This document shows positions 61,333 through 64,000 of a DNA stretch of 64,000 nucleotides, one piece after another. A program made the translations under genes and the position numbers. The notes below the pieces were generated by a model. The model saw only the letters and a list, made by a program, of their open reading frames with translations. It was not told where the DNA came from and made no database searches. Positions within the stretch are counted from its first letter, which is position 1. The number at the start of each line of letters is the position of its first letter. Origin of the DNA: Botryllus schlosseri (Eukaryota); assembly GCA_051294905.1 (NCBI GenBank), contig CM119372.1:39744001-39808000 (forward strand), read 5' to 3'.

Positions 61333-63464
61333 CTCCCTATTGTTCAAATCTTAAAATGGTGTGAACAATATATTTCGTTAAAAGTTCCCCCTTGCTACCC
61401 AAAAGAACTTGGTGTAAAAAAAAAACGAATATATTGTTCAAAATGTTCGGTTATAAATTCCCCCCTTTCAGCCAAAGAACTTTGTGTAAAAAAAAAAACC
61501 GAACATACCGTTCAAAACCTTCCATATTGGTCAATATCTCATACCTAGGGACATACGACATATGGACGGGGGCTAATCATAGGGACTGAAGCTAATCCTA
61601 GGGATTGGAGACAGGAAACGATTTTATATGCAGGGGCAAAAGTAAACTAATGAAACGACATACCATCCAAGCGTGGCATTCGGAAACCCTATTTTACATT
61701 ACCACCTCGGAACGACTCGCAATATCATCGTTCCGTCCTACTGGCAACTGAAACTCAGATCAACAATAGTTAGCGTTCTAACAAAACAAAGAAATAAAAT
61801 ACATAATATAACCAGCACAAAAGCGTTACAACAGCGACATTAAAGGTCACTTCGCATGCACTAACAACAAATTAATGAAAATGTATAATAAAGAGCAACA
61901 AAAACTAGAAAATGCAATGCAACTCATAGACGAAACCAGTCTATATGCACTGACGAAAGTCATCAACGTGTATGCAACACCATAATTCATCCAGCAATCA
62001 TGCTTCAAAACCCACAGAACATGCTATTCACTGTCATCAATCACTTCTTCTTCTACTTCCTCATTATTACCGTTAACCCGTCCAGCGGGAAAAGCAACCA
62101 TTCCTACCAAATCCGTGTTGTTCGCGCGCAACAACAGAGGGCTTATGGCAACTCAACGACAATTCTGCCGTGACCATCTCAAATATGACACACAGTTCCG
62201 TGAAGTATAACCGGGCCTACACGAGACTAACATTTTGATGTCAGCATTTATTACTACAACGCATACTTCAGCAATGAGCTTCGGTGACCCCACCTTACAT
62301 TCTACAACGGGGAGTCACAACAAGATGCAGCAATCCTGCATTTACATAATATATCAATGCACAAAGCACGTTTTCACTACGCATATTTTTACTTTACGCG
62401 ATTCAACGATCGATGATGCAGCAATCCTGCATTTACACAGCGTATTAATGCACAAGGCACAATTTTTAATCATGCGTATCTATATTCTACGCGATTTACT
62501 GCAACACATAATCATTCAAATGTCTTGGTCTAACAATTCGTCTCCCTCTGGACGTATATCTTGGACTTGACTCGTTGAGAGTTCTGCCTTCATTACATGT
62601 TTGGGTCTTAGATTTGGATTCATGTCCATTATTATCGCGATCGACATCAATAGGTAAGCATTCAGATGTACGCTCTCGAGACGCGTCACTAACACTACCC
62701 GGACAGTCGCTACCGCTGTCATCACAACTAGACAAAATTACATGCACGTCACCCGGATTTCCCGCGGAGTTTACAAATCAACAACATTAGGCGATCAAAA
62801 AAAACACAAACATCACTTAATACCTCAAAACAACACATACACGATATTACGGCAACATTAAAGGACACATTACATTGGGCATTCAGAAAACCGATAATAT
62901 CACTCGCACACGAACTAATTAGAAAGATACTGTTATTGGTATAAAAAAAAATCGAATTTCCACCTGCAATCATTTTATTCTAAATTGATATGAAACTTCC
63001 TAATTCATATCACGTAGCATTTAACATTGGTATATACCAACAGAACGAGAGTGTGCCCTATTTATTGTATTACATGCAAAGCAATGTTTGCAAATATCAT
63101 GCACTACCGCGGTGCATATTTTCTCAATGATATACTCGACATAAGGGTATCGTCGTATGGCAGAGGCCTAATATCTCTTCATAAGGCTTGCAATATATCA
63201 TCGTTCATCACACATAAATAATAAGCTATTCAGCTATTGGATGCATCATGGCATCGAATAAATAGGGTAGCCTTCTTGCCACGGGTTTACCCGCACACAT
63301 CTCTTATCAAAACATTATGCTATATAAGCACCTGCGTCATACATCTGCAAACAGCGCAGTATTTGACCCGCAGGAAATGCGACCCCTATCTGGGTAGAGA
63401 AACCAATGATTGCAAGTTACTTTACAAAACTATACTTTGTCAATATCCCAATAACAGCAACCAA

Positions 63465-63890
63465 CTAACGTCGTAGTGCAAGAAAATAAAATCGATCTAC
63501 CTTACATTTTTCTAATCCGTTTGATGCATTAATCAGCGATTTCAGAGCTCTGGGGTTCATGCCCGGAACTGCCTCGGCATAAAAGTTATTTAACTTCTGA
63601 TTAGTCGGGACATCAACACGGTCCAACAGAACCTTTTTAAGCAAGTCGTAGCAATTAGGATCATGTGAGCTCGGAACACTTCCGTCAATAGCGGCGAATT
63701 GCGCGTCATTCAAGTTCCTCAGCAAAATGATATATTTAGATTTTTGCGACCGTACATTCTCGCCTTCAAGTTGACATTCTAACGTCATGAAATACCGTGC
63801 CGGAGCATTCTCGTTAAAAGGCCGATTGATATTGATCTCGCGAGAGGTGAATCTGTCCAGAGGTTCGTTGTCACTACTTTCCACTTCCAT
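63465..63890 (-). CDS. Gypsy-type Gag N-terminal protein (141 aa)
   Basis: Pattern PF.E..P..YF..LE.QL....V.SQ..KY..LL..L..YDLLK.VLL.R resembles invertebrate Gypsy Gag N-termini. Confidence 0.7.
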   Translation of the reverse strand: MEVESSDNEPLDRFTSREININRPFNENAPARYFMTLECQLEGENVRSQKSKYIILLRNLNDAQFAAIDGSVPSSHDPNCYDLLKKVLLDRVDVPTNQKLNNFYAEAVPGMNPRALKSLINASNGLEKCKVDRFYFLALRR

Positions 63891-64000
63891 TTATGACAAT
63901 GAATAGCAATTGCTCATGCGAGAATTGAAAATGATTACCTTTTCCGTTGCCCGTACACGCAAATGTCGCACTGCACACAGACGAAGATTCCGCAGCAAAA

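Larger units (their letters stand above)
60834..64000 (-). mobile_element. Non-autonomous Ty3/Gypsy-like LTR retrotransposon (continues beyond window)
   Basis: Gag-like ORF 63465-63890, a pol C-terminal-like tail RYTSRGRRIVRPRHLNDYV (62496-62747), PPT and LTR. No RT/IN ORF was seen in between. Confidence 0.75.

Overview
Eukaryotic (animal, probably invertebrate) DNA with spliceosomal introns; most ORFs in the supplied track are spurious. The window holds a + strand tandem array of three six-exon genes for small secreted fibrinogen-related-domain (FReD/FBG) proteins. Two are complete (781-11145, 233 aa; 36524-41827, 231 aa). The third shows only exons 1-4 (59514-60078) before Penelope and LTR insertions in intron 4. 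All three have an unusual two-Cys N-terminal module in place of the usual start of the FBG domain. There is one full-length PIF/Harbinger transposon (42492-47101, TTA TSD) with an intact 363-aa DDE transposase and a convergent Myb/SANT gene. Much of the remainder is a dense, deeply nested set of non-autonomous hAT elements/MITEs, most with readable 8-bp TSDs. Also present: a long-TIR foldback element, tRNA-type SINEs, LINE and Penelope remnants, minisatellites, and a gag-only Gypsy-like LTR element running off the right edge. All alignments were done by eye; no database searches were possible.
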